A stretch of 64,000 nt of DNA from a virus, in IMG/VR virus record IMGVR_UViG_3300045988_161114, positions 32,001 to 96,000 of that record. One strand, written 5' to 3'. Under the pieces are notes generated by a model, which saw only the letters and a list, made by a program, of their open reading frames with translations, searched no databases and was not told the DNA's origin. A program made the translations under genes and the position numbers. Of this stretch, positions 35,511 to 47,800 are shown piece after piece. The stretch's first letter is position 1; every line of letters begins with the position of its first letter.

Positions 35511-37256
35511 CTAGCTATTCTTTATTACAGCGGACATGCCTTTTATGGCATTGTCGCTAAATAAAATATTTGTTTTTACTGTCCCTAATGGGATTTCATT
35601 CTTATTATAGTTTACACCATATACATTTAGGTTAACTTCTCTAGAGTAAAGAGCGTACAGTCCTATTAATTTATCTCCATATTCCGACACAACAGATGAC
35701 AATACGTCTTCATTTATCTTCTTGTCTCTTATGTATATAGTTTTAGAATTAGGTATTACAGATGTATACGAAACATTTATGCCAGTTTGTATATCTCTAT
35801 ACTTAGGAATCTCTATTAAATCTGGTGCATAAAATTTAAACTCAACATCTTTGTCGTCTTCTGTTTTAATAGTTATTCCGGATTCAGATGCACATGATGG
35901 TAGATGTATAAATTTATGAACCTTTTCTTTTTGTATCTGTAATGACACACTGCCAGATGTTGATTGTTCTGACTCTACCTTTTTGGTAAAGCATATATGA
36001 GCTAATCTTAAGTCATCATTGTATTTATTTTTAAATACTCCATAAACACTAGATAGTCCGCCAGTTTTATACCCTGGAAATTCATATTTGCCATCTTTAA
36101 GTTCAATTTTATTTATCAGTAAGCCTATATCATTAGGCAGCGATGCATACAAAATCTGTTCACTATTTGATGTATAAAACTTAGGATTCTTTGCAGATAT
36201 CCCATTTATATTTATCTCTGTATCTGACGATATAGAGTATCCTATATACTCTTCAGGTATAGATAATTTTAATTCCGAGTAAGAAGATCCGTTATCATCA
36301 AATGATATATCATCTATTGTTTTGGGAATTATAAATGCCTGATTATCATATTCTGAAAGAGATAAAAGATTTATCTCATTAGTAGGAGTTATAGAGTCCT
36401 TAAAGTTTATATTAACCCCAGTTTCGATTTTAATTTCTGGAAGTATGCCATATATAATATTAAGATTATCATATGATCCGTTTATATATATTATACCGTT
36501 TTTATTATCAACGGATTCTATTGTAATAAGCGTTAGCGAATCATCAAATACTGAAACACTAGGATATATTGGAAAGTATTTTGTATGTAGTATAGTTTTG
36601 CCAGCAATCTTTTTGGTATATGGCTTTTCTGAATAAGCGAGTATATTGCCAGATGTTACATTATCCTTATATAAGGACGACATATTTGTGGCGGCAGAGT
36701 CAAGCTCTTCCTGTGTATATAACCCTTTGCCAGTACCTATAAGTTTTGGTGATATAGGCTTATCCATCTTTATAGACATCTTAAAATTATTATCCGGAAC
36801 AGAATAAGAATTTGTTATGTAGCTATATACTCCATCCATTGGGATATCGCTATTGTCTATATATGTGTACGGACCGCTTTTACCTCTTTTATATATTTTA
36901 TATATGCCAGATTTATCTTTATCTCTAGAATTTATAAATACACTGTAGTCAAAAATTATATTGCCAAATTCAAAAACTATTTCGCTATCTTTAATTTCAG
37001 GAAAGAATGAGATACCTGTTGTGTTAGGTATAACAGTTTTATCTGAAATCCAATACCCTCTATATATTCTATTCTCATCTATTGATTTATCCCATCCGAA
37101 TTTAGTATGCTCTGGAGATTGAGATAAATCTTCTGCCAACTTGAGATATCTTGAGTATGGAATTTCAGAAAAGCCAATATCCATTTCTGGCTGTTTTATA
37201 TAAGAGTTAGTCCCCCTTATGGATATATTATATTGTATAGTTGGCATTTGGTTCAC
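35511..37256 (-). CDS. Virion fibre/baseplate-module protein (581 aa), probable paralogue of ORF 29713-31437
   Basis: See the paralogue evidence under ORF 29713-31437. Lies immediately upstream, in the direction of transcription, of the long fibre gene. Confidence 0.5.
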   Translation of the reverse strand: MNQMPTIQYNISIRGTNSYIKQPEMDIGFSEIPYSRYLKLAEDLSQSPEHTKFGWDKSIDENRIYRGYWISDKTVIPNTTGISFFPEIKDSEIVFEFGNIIFDYSVFINSRDKDKSGIYKIYKRGKSGPYTYIDNSDIPMDGVYSYITNSYSVPDNNFKMSIKMDKPISPKLIGTGKGLYTQEELDSAATNMSSLYKDNVTSGNILAYSEKPYTKKIAGKTILHTKYFPIYPSVSVFDDSLTLITIESVDNKNGIIYINGSYDNLNIIYGILPEIKIETGVNINFKDSITPTNEINLLSLSEYDNQAFIIPKTIDDISFDDNGSSYSELKLSIPEEYIGYSISSDTEININGISAKNPKFYTSNSEQILYASLPNDIGLLINKIELKDGKYEFPGYKTGGLSSVYGVFKNKYNDDLRLAHICFTKKVESEQSTSGSVSLQIQKEKVHKFIHLPSCASESGITIKTEDDKDVEFKFYAPDLIEIPKYRDIQTGINVSYTSVIPNSKTIYIRDKKINEDVLSSVVSEYGDKLIGLYALYSREVNLNVYGVNYNKNEIPLGTVKTNILFSDNAIKGMSAVIKNS

Positions 37257-37854
37257 CTTTTACCATTCTATTCCAGTCTATAACAGACTGTTTTACCTGA
37301 GGGATACTATATATTGATTCTATATCTCTTATTATATTGGTATCTGACATATTCAAAATAAAGTTTTTAGCATGATGCCGAAAGCTTATACTTTCTACAT
37401 TCTTTGATGAATCAGTTATAATTTTACCATTTATAATAGTTTGTTTTTCTATAGGCTCTATTTTTACATCATCTTTATAAGAATATGGAATCATTGATAT
37501 AAGATTTTTAGACTTATTAAGATATATATCAAAAGGAGACCTATCTATTACTGATGTAACAATATCCACATTGGAAGAATTTATTAACATTATTGCAGGT
37601 ATATGTTCCATACCCTTATATACTTTTACATCAACACTTTTCTCTTTTAGATATTTGTATACATCACCTATCTTTTTGTTTGATAACTGAAGACTTTCTC
37701 CGTCTACAATAATCTCCCCATCATATACAGAGATATAGCCTGCAAAGTTTTCTACTAACAATGCAGGATATTTTTCTCCTATATTATCGCTATAAGAAGT
37801 ATATCTTTCGCTTCTTTTAAATGGGTTTATATCATATTCCCTAAGTTTAATCAT
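37228..37854 (-). CDS. Virion-module protein, function unknown (208 aa)
   Basis: ORF overlapping its neighbours by 29 nt and 4 nt. Confidence 0.5.
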   Translation of the reverse strand: MIKLREYDINPFKRSERYTSYSDNIGEKYPALLVENFAGYISVYDGEIIVDGESLQLSNKKIGDVYKYLKEKSVDVKVYKGMEHIPAIMLINSSNVDIVTSVIDRSPFDIYLNKSKNLISMIPYSYKDDVKIEPIEKQTIINGKIITDSSKNVESISFRHHAKNFILNMSDTNIIRDIESIYSIPQVKQSVIDWNRMVKGEPNANYTI

Positions 37855-39281
37855 GTTAACTCTATACTCTTATAATCTGAATCTAAAACTATCTCATTTT
37901 CATCATACTGCATCCATATATGTCTGATTGGCTTAGCAGAGTAGAATTTATTATCTATCTCGAAATACAATTCTCTATTGAATACAAATATATCTGTTAC
38001 GCCGCCCATAAGCATCATATTATTTGATTCATCTTGGTATGCTGCAGCATAAAATATTTTATTGTCTAATGTAGTTACGGAAAATATATAAGGCATCGTA
38101 TTTGTACATGGAACAGAGAGATTAATTATGTCAGCTGATGATACAGAACTTATCCATGTATTTTCATCATTAGATAATTGCCCAAATTTATTTAAATAAA
38201 ATACATCATCGCCATTATATAATGTTATTTTTATTTTATCGCTTCTGTACCTCTTTGCTATGTCATGAGCAAAGATTCTGCACCTAACATTGTATCCTAT
38301 CTTGCTTTCTTCCTCTTCAACAAATATAAATGGATTGTTATTCAGGCTGCCATTTGTATTTATTAGATCGTACATAGGATAAGGCTTGTATGTATTAATC
38401 CATCCTGCCTCATCTAATGATATTATGTCTGATGAGTTAGTTAAGTAAATAGATTTTAGATTTGATTCTGTATCAAATCTTATTTCTTCACTTCTTACTA
38501 TACCGGATTGATCATATACAACTATTGATGATCCATCATATTCTAAATGTGGAGATATAAAGTCTCCGTATTTATTTGTTATTCTTTTTGGAGGGATTAT
38601 TTCTGAATCAATAGAGTGATGCTTTGAAAGATTTAGCTTATCAGATATTGTAATATAATTTGGTGTTTCTATTTTATAAATATATTTGTATTTATAAAAT
38701 GTTTCAGATGATGACTCTTTATTTACCCTTAATGTTTCTATTATTGTTTCGCCATTTGAATCTGAACCCATTATTACAACATTGAATACTGATTGATTTT
38801 GTTCAGCTGGTGATATGTATAATGTACAGTCTGTTGACAATTTCCTATCAAAGACTTTTGTTCCGGGGAACATTGATTCATTAAAAGAATTTTTATTTAG
38901 TGATAGAGGAGTCTCTGTGAGCTCAAATCCTGTTATAGGAAATTGAGTAAAGAAGTTTGATGTAAATGATCCAGCATAGTCTATATCTCTTTTGCCTATT
39001 AGCTCAACTCTGCCGTCCAAATGTTTTATTCTGTGCGTTTCAGTTTTTATTGACTTATATTTGCCAAATGATGGGAGTCTATAAATTTTATTATAGCACT
39101 CCAAATCATTATTTCTGTACCTCTGTAAAACAAGATTACAAACTTTATCTATATTTGAATTTACTATATCAGAAAATGGTAATAGAAATTTAGATATATT
39201 AGAAAAGTTATTATTAAATGGGGCAGACCATTGAGCAAAGTATTTAGTCAATATATTAATTGAGTTATTTTGCTTGATCAT
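37851..39281 (-). CDS. Baseplate wedge-associated protein (gpI/gp7-position), function inferred from position only (476 aa)
   Basis: Immediately downstream of the J-like gene in W-J-I order. Confidence 0.4.
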   Translation of the reverse strand: MIKQNNSINILTKYFAQWSAPFNNNFSNISKFLLPFSDIVNSNIDKVCNLVLQRYRNNDLECYNKIYRLPSFGKYKSIKTETHRIKHLDGRVELIGKRDIDYAGSFTSNFFTQFPITGFELTETPLSLNKNSFNESMFPGTKVFDRKLSTDCTLYISPAEQNQSVFNVVIMGSDSNGETIIETLRVNKESSSETFYKYKYIYKIETPNYITISDKLNLSKHHSIDSEIIPPKRITNKYGDFISPHLEYDGSSIVVYDQSGIVRSEEIRFDTESNLKSIYLTNSSDIISLDEAGWINTYKPYPMYDLINTNGSLNNNPFIFVEEEESKIGYNVRCRIFAHDIAKRYRSDKIKITLYNGDDVFYLNKFGQLSNDENTWISSVSSADIINLSVPCTNTMPYIFSVTTLDNKIFYAAAYQDESNNMMLMGGVTDIFVFNRELYFEIDNKFYSAKPIRHIWMQYDENEIVLDSDYKSIELT

Positions 39282-39282
39282 A

Positions 39283-40437
39283 TTATTCCGATTCTTCTAA
39301 TCCTATAGATGTAGATTGACTTAATGCACATATTGCTGTATCTGGAACTGCAAAATCGCCAGTAGATATATCGGCTATTGTCCCGTATACATCAGAGCGG
39401 ATTATTATATGTTCTATTTGTATATCTAATCCGTAAGTATTTAATTCTTTTACTAACTCTTCGAAATTAATATTGCCAGTTATAAGTGGAGTATATACAG
39501 AATTAAAAGATTCATTTATAGCTGACATAGCCATACTTGATGTTGTATTTTTATATTTAAAGTATACATCAAGAAGTAGAACCTCTGGCATCAATACGTC
39601 AAATGATTGTTCTGATGATGAAAGGTAATCCAACTCAGATAATATTTTAGACTTTATAAATGAGTAATTTTCATCTACAAAGTTTTTAAGATAATTATCT
39701 GTTGTAACGTAAATGTAAGTTTTACTATCATTAGGCTTTCTAACTATCTTGCTCGATCTAACAGTAGGGATTCCTGAAAGTATTCCTCTTATAGAATAAT
39801 CTGATGATCCATGTACACGCATTTTTGCGTATACAGTTCTTCTTCTTAGACTATCGTCTGATTCTTCTGATAGGTTTGTATAGATGCTACTGCTTATAGA
39901 TATAGAAACACCTATAGTTATAGGATTTGATTCATCAGAAATATCTATCTTTGTTCCATTTTTTATATCAGTTGAATCAGATGTAGTTATACGAACTGGA
40001 AGAGGAATAGACGTTTCGTTATGTGATACATAAACATTTTCTGTTACCTCTATTGATGTACCAATACCGAATAAAAATACTTTGCCGGCCTCTATTATTA
40101 TTTTGCCGTCCATGTATTTAGGGAACTGTGATCCATCATTCATTACTAGATTAACTATGGCATCATCTTTTGATATATACACATCAGAGTATATATTTCT
40201 TACAACCCCAAATTCATATGCATTCTTGGTTAGTAGGTCGCCAGATGCATATTGCGTATGTGTAGAATTAATTGCGGCATTAGAGTATGCAACAAGGTTT
40301 ACAGCTGTATCTGTTATCGCGTCTGTAATATGTCTTACTACAGTAGACTTTGAGGTATTGTTTATACCAGTATTCTCACTAATTCGCGCAGATATTTCCT
40401 GAGTCATTAACTCTTTATTAGTTAATTGATCATACAT
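39283..40437 (-). CDS. Baseplate J/gp6-like wedge protein
   Basis: 384 aa, directly downstream of and overlapping the gp25/W-like gene. The size and position match the conserved V-W-J order of contractile-tail baseplates. No rigorous motif check was possible. Confidence 0.5.
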   Translation of the reverse strand: MYDQLTNKELMTQEISARISENTGINNTSKSTVVRHITDAITDTAVNLVAYSNAAINSTHTQYASGDLLTKNAYEFGVVRNIYSDVYISKDDAIVNLVMNDGSQFPKYMDGKIIIEAGKVFLFGIGTSIEVTENVYVSHNETSIPLPVRITTSDSTDIKNGTKIDISDESNPITIGVSISISSSIYTNLSEESDDSLRRRTVYAKMRVHGSSDYSIRGILSGIPTVRSSKIVRKPNDSKTYIYVTTDNYLKNFVDENYSFIKSKILSELDYLSSSEQSFDVLMPEVLLLDVYFKYKNTTSSMAMSAINESFNSVYTPLITGNINFEELVKELNTYGLDIQIEHIIIRSDVYGTIADISTGDFAVPDTAICALSQSTSIGLEESE

Positions 40438-40849
40438 AAGAAACTCCGGTTATAGGTGAAAATACTATATTCACCTCTGATTGTTTATTTCTTGTAAATT
40501 GATAGTCTGTACCTACTGCAATTTTGAATAGTATCCTTTGTCCATCTAGTACATAATTTATTTGAAAGTTATCTCCAGAAAAGAATTTGTCTTCTGTAAA
40601 CGAATTCTTTATACTGGTAACTATTTCTTTAGCCAATGAATCGGTTACTGCTCTTCCTATAAATTTATGGAGATTGGCTCCATAAATATTGTATAGGTAC
40701 ATATCGGATGTTCCTGACATTAGTCTATGTCTAGCATTTGTTAGTGCTATCATATTTTGGTTTGACGATGTGTATATATCTCCATTGGATATGATTATAT
40801 CACCATAGTCATCCGTTATTATATCTCTACCTATCTCTTCTATTAGCAT
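40430..40849 (-). CDS. Baseplate wedge protein, gp25/GpW-like
   Basis: 139 aa. The pattern GDI..S...NMIALTNARHRLMSGTSDMYLYNIYGANLHKFIGR...SLAKEIVTSIKNSF resembles the GPW/gp25 family core (...Q.i...L.T..GE.....yG..l..llg). Confidence 0.55.
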   Translation of the reverse strand: MLIEEIGRDIITDDYGDIIISNGDIYTSSNQNMIALTNARHRLMSGTSDMYLYNIYGANLHKFIGRAVTDSLAKEIVTSIKNSFTEDKFFSGDNFQINYVLDGQRILFKIAVGTDYQFTRNKQSEVNIVFSPITGVSYV

Positions 40850-41169
40850 TAGAATAGTCCTGTAACCGTACTTAAAACTACACCATTTATAGCTGATTGT
40901 ATTCCTACATTTTTTGTTGGAACAGTTATTTCAAATGTTGGGACAGGTGTAATCATTGTAGATGGAATGCCTGACACTGCAACAGGGTTAAATTTATAGA
41001 ATCCTCCGAACACTACGGACGTGGGCGGAGATGATACTGACATTGGACCGTTTACAAATACACCATAATCTTTATGTGTAGATATAGACATACTGCCAGA
41101 CGATATAGATGTTACATCTTCTCTTAGGTCTATTAATGTCGTACTGTCTGGAGATGGTCTTATTAGCAT
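40849..41169 (-). CDS. Small baseplate-module protein, function unknown (106 aa)
   Basis: Start and stop abut the neighbouring baseplate genes. Ser/Thr/Pro/Val-rich. Confidence 0.45.
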   Translation of the reverse strand: MLIRPSPDSTTLIDLREDVTSISSGSMSISTHKDYGVFVNGPMSVSSPPTSVVFGGFYKFNPVAVSGIPSTMITPVPTFEITVPTKNVGIQSAINGVVLSTVTGLF

Positions 41170-41837
41170 TATGTTTTACCCGTAAAAACAGTAGTTGGCA
41201 TATAACATTCTTTTGTTCTTATTGTTTTATAACTATCAGTTCTTACAACACTTGGATCGACTTTCTGTTCAAAGTCTATTATATCTTCCATATGCGATGG
41301 TGTAGCTATGAACATATTTTGAGATTCTCCATATGTTCCTACAAACCCTTTATGGAATGTTGTGTCATATACTTCATTGGATAGTTTATTGAAATTTTCA
41401 AGTATACCGCGATTCTTTAGTTTGTCTTTTAATCTAGAATCGAATATCTTGTCTTTGTTTGAAAGTCTGTAATCAAACATGGCGCGTCTAGATATAATTC
41501 TAGCATCAGAATTCGCCATTAATATACAGCCAGTTGGAAATCCTTCTTTAGTGAAGAATACTTGAACTCTTGCCCCTATTAAGAACTTGGGGTCTGATAT
41601 TTGTGTAGCATAGGTCATATTTATTGGAATTAGAAGCTCTGCCATAGTGGCAGTATGTTCTGGTGCACCTTTTGGAATTCCAACAAGATATTGTCCACAC
41701 TGAACAGGATTCCCCATCATATCTGATAGGGTTTCCCCAACTAATCTAACAACAACAAATATTTGAGAACCTTGGAGAGATACTGTTTGTATCTCCCCAA
41801 TCTCTGAGTATGCCATTGAAGCTAATGTATTACTCAT
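41169..41837 (-). CDS. Baseplate spike/assembly protein V-like (OB-fold)
   Basis: N-terminal GEIQTVSLQGSQIFVVVRL ... IGARVQVFFTKEGFPTGCILMA resembles the gpV/VgrG OB-fold pattern (vGd.V.V.F..gd...p.ilg). Lies between the hub-like gene and the W-like gene. Confidence 0.45.
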   Translation of the reverse strand: MSNTLASMAYSEIGEIQTVSLQGSQIFVVVRLVGETLSDMMGNPVQCGQYLVGIPKGAPEHTATMAELLIPINMTYATQISDPKFLIGARVQVFFTKEGFPTGCILMANSDARIISRRAMFDYRLSNKDKIFDSRLKDKLKNRGILENFNKLSNEVYDTTFHKGFVGTYGESQNMFIATPSHMEDIIDFEQKVDPSVVRTDSYKTIRTKECYMPTTVFTGKT

Positions 41838-41838
41838 A

Positions 41839-44800
41839 TTAGTCAGTCGCTATCGAATATAGTATTCTAGCCTTTGTTGAGGCTTTTGTGTCTTTTGTAG
41901 CTCCCCACACTTTAGCTAAGCTTTCCCATGTGGTTTTAAGATTTTTAACCTGCAATTCTATAGGACTCAATTCATCATTCCATCCTAATAGTCCTGCTGT
42001 ATATTCTTGTCCATATACAGTCAAAGGCATCTTCATCAGCGCTCTGTGCCTCATGGTTATTCTTTCTTTGTTTGCTTCCCAAACATTTTTAAGAATACCC
42101 CATACTGCTATAACAACTGCTGCTACTACGATAGTTGCTGCTGCTGTTGCTATAAGTCCACCAGTACCAATACTGGCAGCAAGTCCAACAGTTCTGACAC
42201 CATTTATAACAGTTGCTATTGTTCTGCCTGCTGTAGCTACTCTTGCCCAGATTCCGCCTAGTGCGCCTTTCATTGAGGACAGTCCTCTAACTATAAAGCT
42301 AACCTTGCTGAATCTTGCCCAGCCTGATGCTACATGTCCTACTATAGGACCCCATAATGCAGTAGACACATAAGATGCCGCTGTTTTAAGTAACATTGCG
42401 GATGCTGCTGCAGCTGCTAATGATCCTGCTGTTGCCCATCCTACGTCCCAGAATCCTATTTTGGTTGGAGCTATGGATAATTTGCTATACATCTCTCCAG
42501 TAGGTGATGAGTTAACAGATACTAAAGCATATTCTCTTTGACCTTGTGCAAGCATCGAATAGAACATACCCAGCTTTATGTATAGTGATGAATATAAATG
42601 TGTTGCAGGTTCAACAAACATTCCTGGTGTAATTATTGTAATATATCCGTCGTCTTCAGTCAAGATATGTTGGACTTCCCTACACTTCATTACGCCGCTC
42701 ATTTGTCTTAATGAGTCAGAAATGTATGCATAATCACCTGGTGCTACATCTGGATTACCCGATATGATTACACTGCCTGTATACATCTTCTCAAGTTCTT
42801 CAAGGAGATATCCCTGGCCAGTTTTTATTGCCATGCCTTCTGTATTTAATGTACTATCAGTTAAATACGATGATTTAGTAAATGCAGGCATTAATCCGCC
42901 ATTAGATTTCATATCGAACATTTTGTTTTTACCAGTGCCAAAGTCACTTGGCTCTGTACCATATTCGACATTGGCTTGTGTTATCACATCCTGATTCAAT
43001 CTAAGCTGATTACTAATTATATTAGTTGCACTACTAAACATATGGAAGTTTGTAGCAGGAACCCATGCAGTAGAATCTATTGTTTTAGATCCCATTACTG
43101 AGCTTACTACATCAGCCACTTGTCCAGGATTGTCTTTTAGAACCTCAAATTTAGCTGTTGTTTCTCTTTGTCGTTTCTTTATGCCATCTGTGCTATTTAC
43201 CGGAATACCTAAGCTACCTTTTACATTTTTGGCATTTGCGGCTTCTTCTACTTCTTGAGCATGTTGGCTATCTTTATCTAACAGTCCTCCATTGATATTC
43301 TCAAATACCTCTGACGCAACAGAATGTGCAGTTTCATATCCTACCATAAGCTGTTCTTTAATACCTGTAAATATGGTGCATCTTGCACCTATATTTTTTA
43401 TAAGAGCCACTGATGATGGGAATAATCTTCTACCTGTTGTTATCACATCCCATACTGTTTTATTCAATACCGGGAAATTGACAAAGTAGTCGTTAAGAGA
43501 GAATGGGAATAGGTCATTCCATTCTGTAACAAAGAATCTGTCAACCATGTCAACATTCATCAGCCAGAAGTTTTCTAGATGATCTGTCGGACCTTTAAAA
43601 TCATAGAAGAAGAACTCACCTGAAGATGAATTCCATAAAGAATTTGATAACGAGAATCCGCTTTGACCAGATACACCCTGAGCAGCTGTACCAGATGAAT
43701 TTGTATCTACATCTTCACCAAGTATTTTAGGGTTGGCGCCAAAGTGCTGTAGTCTTGCGTTCTTAACTATTCTTGCAACTGCTGCTGATATGTACCTACC
43801 AGATGTATCACTAGCAAAAGTAGTAAATGGCAATACATCGCCGGCGAATATTAATTCGTTTTGTAGTTCTCTTCCATAACCCTCTGCAACTACTCTTACA
43901 ACATCTCCACCATCCGTTTCGGTTATAAGTCCGTTAAATACTACAGGAAGATCATCAATCTTATTGCCGTATCCCATTCTTATTTGAACTTTGTTACCGG
44001 CTTTAAGCCTTATTTGGTCCATTGCTACAACATTGGCGAAATCACTTCCTAAAGATGTTAAATCTAATTTAGTGTTGCCAAGTTTGTCTGCGGTATTGTA
44101 TCCAGTAGTAGGGTCTGTTGATGTATTCAAAGAGTTAAGAACTTCAAAGTATGCAACTGCAACAGGATTATCCTGATTGGCCATTTCTACACGAATATTT
44201 CGTACAGTTGATATTTCATAATATACCGCTTCAACACTTGTATTTATTAATTTAAATAAAGTGTTTTCATTATTGCCGTGTACTAGATATACCTTATATG
44301 TAGGGATAAGTTTTTCTAATCCCCATGTGTAATCTTTTACCATATTAGATATTCTAGCTTTACCTTGTAGATTAGGGTCCCAAGGTGTAGGGTCGGTATT
44401 AAATTCAACTGCTTCATTATTACGTTGTACTGCTACATTATCGTAATAGTTTGACGTATATCCAGCAGCGTCTCTGCTAAAAATACCAACACCGGCATTA
44501 CCTTTTGACACAGCGGCTGAGAGTGACATTGCAACTCTACCGTATTTTTGCCTAGATGTATTATTGCCATCTCTACTATCCTTACCTTGTAATGCTTTCC
44601 ATCCTGCACTATGTCCACCGTTGTGAGACATAGCTACTGCTAACACCTTATCTTGGAACGATAGTTTACTCCAACCAGGTTTAGCTGATAGATAATCTAT
44701 GTTTTTCTGAGTGTATAGCACAAATGCTTGATCTTGTAATTCTCTACTAGATATAAATGCTTTATATCCTCCAGGAATTGTCCAATATGAATCATTGTAT

Positions 44801-47800
44801 AGTGAAGATCTATTTCTTGGTGCTGTTTTTCTTATCCAGCCTATATCCATAAGTCCTTCTAGACCTATCTGATACATTCCTAGATATGATTCATTGCCAG
44901 ATGGATTTAGTCTTCCCCTTGACTCTATTGCTGCTATTGATCCTGCATAGCTTCTTAGAAGTGTACTATTTATAAGTGATGTACCTTTTTGACTTGTAAA
45001 GCCAGCACTAGATGCTGCTGCTATACCTTTCAGATCTCCACCGCCAAGACTGTAATCATTGAAGTCTGTAAATGGTTGATATCCGTTTGCAACAACAGAT
45101 TGCATAGCTGTAGATTCTTTTGGTAAAGCTATTCCGTCTTTTGCTTTAGGTTTCTCAAGTGTTCCTGGAGTTATACCCATACCTATTGCAGATTGACCAT
45201 TTGTTCCAGCTATTGCTGAACCAAGGTCTTCCCACCAGCTTTTCTTTTTACCTGATTCAGGAAGATTACTGCTAGGAGCACCTAACCCATTTATTGATCT
45301 ATGGAATGCTGCAGGGTCTACTGGTGTACCGTTTACATTTACTTGATAATGTAAATGTGGGCCTGTAGAATGACCAGTGCTACCACAGAATCCTATTAGC
45401 TGTCCAGCTATGACAGGTTGTCCTGGTTTAACTGCGAATGCGCTTAAGTGCATATACCATGTTGTTATACCACCAGCATGTTGAATGTAAACAGAATTAC
45501 CACCCCTTCCGCGATTAGATGCAACTGTTACTTTGCCAGTAGCTGCTGCATATATTGGAGTTCCAGTTGGACCTGCTAAGTCTATTCCGTGATGAAATCC
45601 TCCGCGTCTCATACCGAAAGGAGAAGATATTCGAACATGCTTCATTATTGATGACAAATCTTTTAGCCACAATCCTGATCCTGAACGAACACCCAGTTGG
45701 GCACCCTTAAGTGTACTTGATGTAAATTGTCCATTCACGCTATCTACACTGCCAGCAGAAACTGTACCATCTGGATTTATTGTTCCTGATGACGCAACGG
45801 CATTAACTTTTGTAAAGTTTCTTGTTCTGTCTGTACTGCTTCCCGGGCCATTAACCATCGCATTGGTATCTTCAAGTATTTCATCTATAAGTGGAGATGA
45901 TTGTTCCCACTTGGCCATTATCTTATCGCCATCAAATATTTGTTGGTCATATACAAATGGCAGGGCAGGTAAATCTTTCCATGAACTATATTCATCTGTT
46001 GAAGGAATGTCATGAAATATTTCTTTATATTTCATATCTGGGATTGCTTCACCAGAAAATGATGTACTGCTTCTATGAGTTTTATAATAACTCTTTTCTT
46101 TTTCCAAATCTTTTGATAAGGCATCAATAGTGTATTTATTGAAAGAGCTTCCAAGTGCACTTTTATATGCAGATGTAACTGCCTGTTCAAAATTTCTTAA
46201 ACGCTCTCTTAGAACTCTTTCCTCAGATGGAGTAGCTGAATGACTTTTTATAGCTTTAATATATTCTTTTATGAACATTGTAGATTTCTCTGTGTCTGTC
46301 ATATTAGAATATTTTTTACTTCTTAGCATAGGTTCTAAGAATAAGCCTACATCTGCGGTAGGGTCTTCCGCTTTCTTAACAGAAGAGTCTATATAAACTT
46401 TATATTCTTCAATAGCTTTAACTATTGGCTTGTTTATCTTATCAAGTACGTCTTTTAGTGCTGATGTATTTGCACCCTTTTTGTACTCTACGCTTGCCAT
46501 AGCAAGCAGATCTCTTATAGTCTCTGCTTGCGCTATTATGTCGTTGTAAGCTTCTTTGTTAGAGGCTTTTACAAATTTACTATTCTCAAGGAAGTCTGTT
46601 GAATCAGATTCTATAAACGAATAGTTATTTGTAATAACATTATTCATATTCCCAGTTGTAGAAGACTGAGATGAATCTATTATTACATATTTAACACCCA
46701 TTGCATTAACAATAGGGTTCTCTATTGCAATTACATCTAATCCTTTTAATGCTGGATATGTAACTCTTATATTTTTTGTAAATTCATCTACGCGGTCAAT
46801 AGCCATAGTAGCTGATGCCGCATCCATACCTTCTTCATGATTAGTTATAGTAGATATATTTATCTCTGTAGGAGAATGTCCTAAATATTGACAATAGGGA
46901 TAACTAAAATCCTGTATTGTTTGGTTTGCAAATCTATTTCTTCTTCTTATATTAATAGATTGTATTGCTATATTATCCTTATTTTTAGAAGAATTAGTGC
47001 CACCGATTAGTTCTCTTTTCCATCCTACATTTATTCTACCAGTCTCATCAAATCTAACTTCTTCATCTGATTTAACTTCTGATATGTTAGCATTGGTTTG
47101 TTGGCCATCTTTAGCATCTGTACCAGATAAGTCAACCTTTTTCAGAATTCTAAATGTTCTTGCCTCTTCCCAACATAAGTCATGAAGCTCTCTATGCAAT
47201 TTAATTGCGTCTGTAAAAACAATAGGGTATCCAAGATACAAATCGAAATCACGATTGTATCCCTGATTTATTATTTGTGTTTTATATTGATTTACATCTG
47301 ACCTGTAGAAGTCTACAAGTTTTTTCATTAAATTAGAATCACCAGGATTCAATTCATATTCAGTTTTGTATCTTTTAGAGCTTTTAGATTTTTTAGAGAT
47401 AGATTTAGAATTTGTTTTTGACTCAGCTTGCTGATTGAAAGATATGAATTTTATTGTTTTTGCTAGTGGCTTCCAGTTTATAGTTTGTAATCTTAATGAA
47501 ACAAAAGCCATACCTTGCATATTGTCTGATGCACCTAATTCAATTTCATATTCATGCAGTGCGTACATGAAGTATCCGTCACCAATACTTAATCCTAGCA
47601 TACTTAAGTCTGATGTACCCATAGCTTCACACCTTATGAACATATATGGGAATGACCTACATATAGATATAAGGTCACACATTTCTTCGACACTATCACT
47701 TTTAGACAAATCGAATGCGAAAGTCGCCAAATGTAGCGACTCCGCAAATCGAGATTTAGATGTCAATACAGATGTGTCCCTTAAGAACTCGTTTTGTGTT

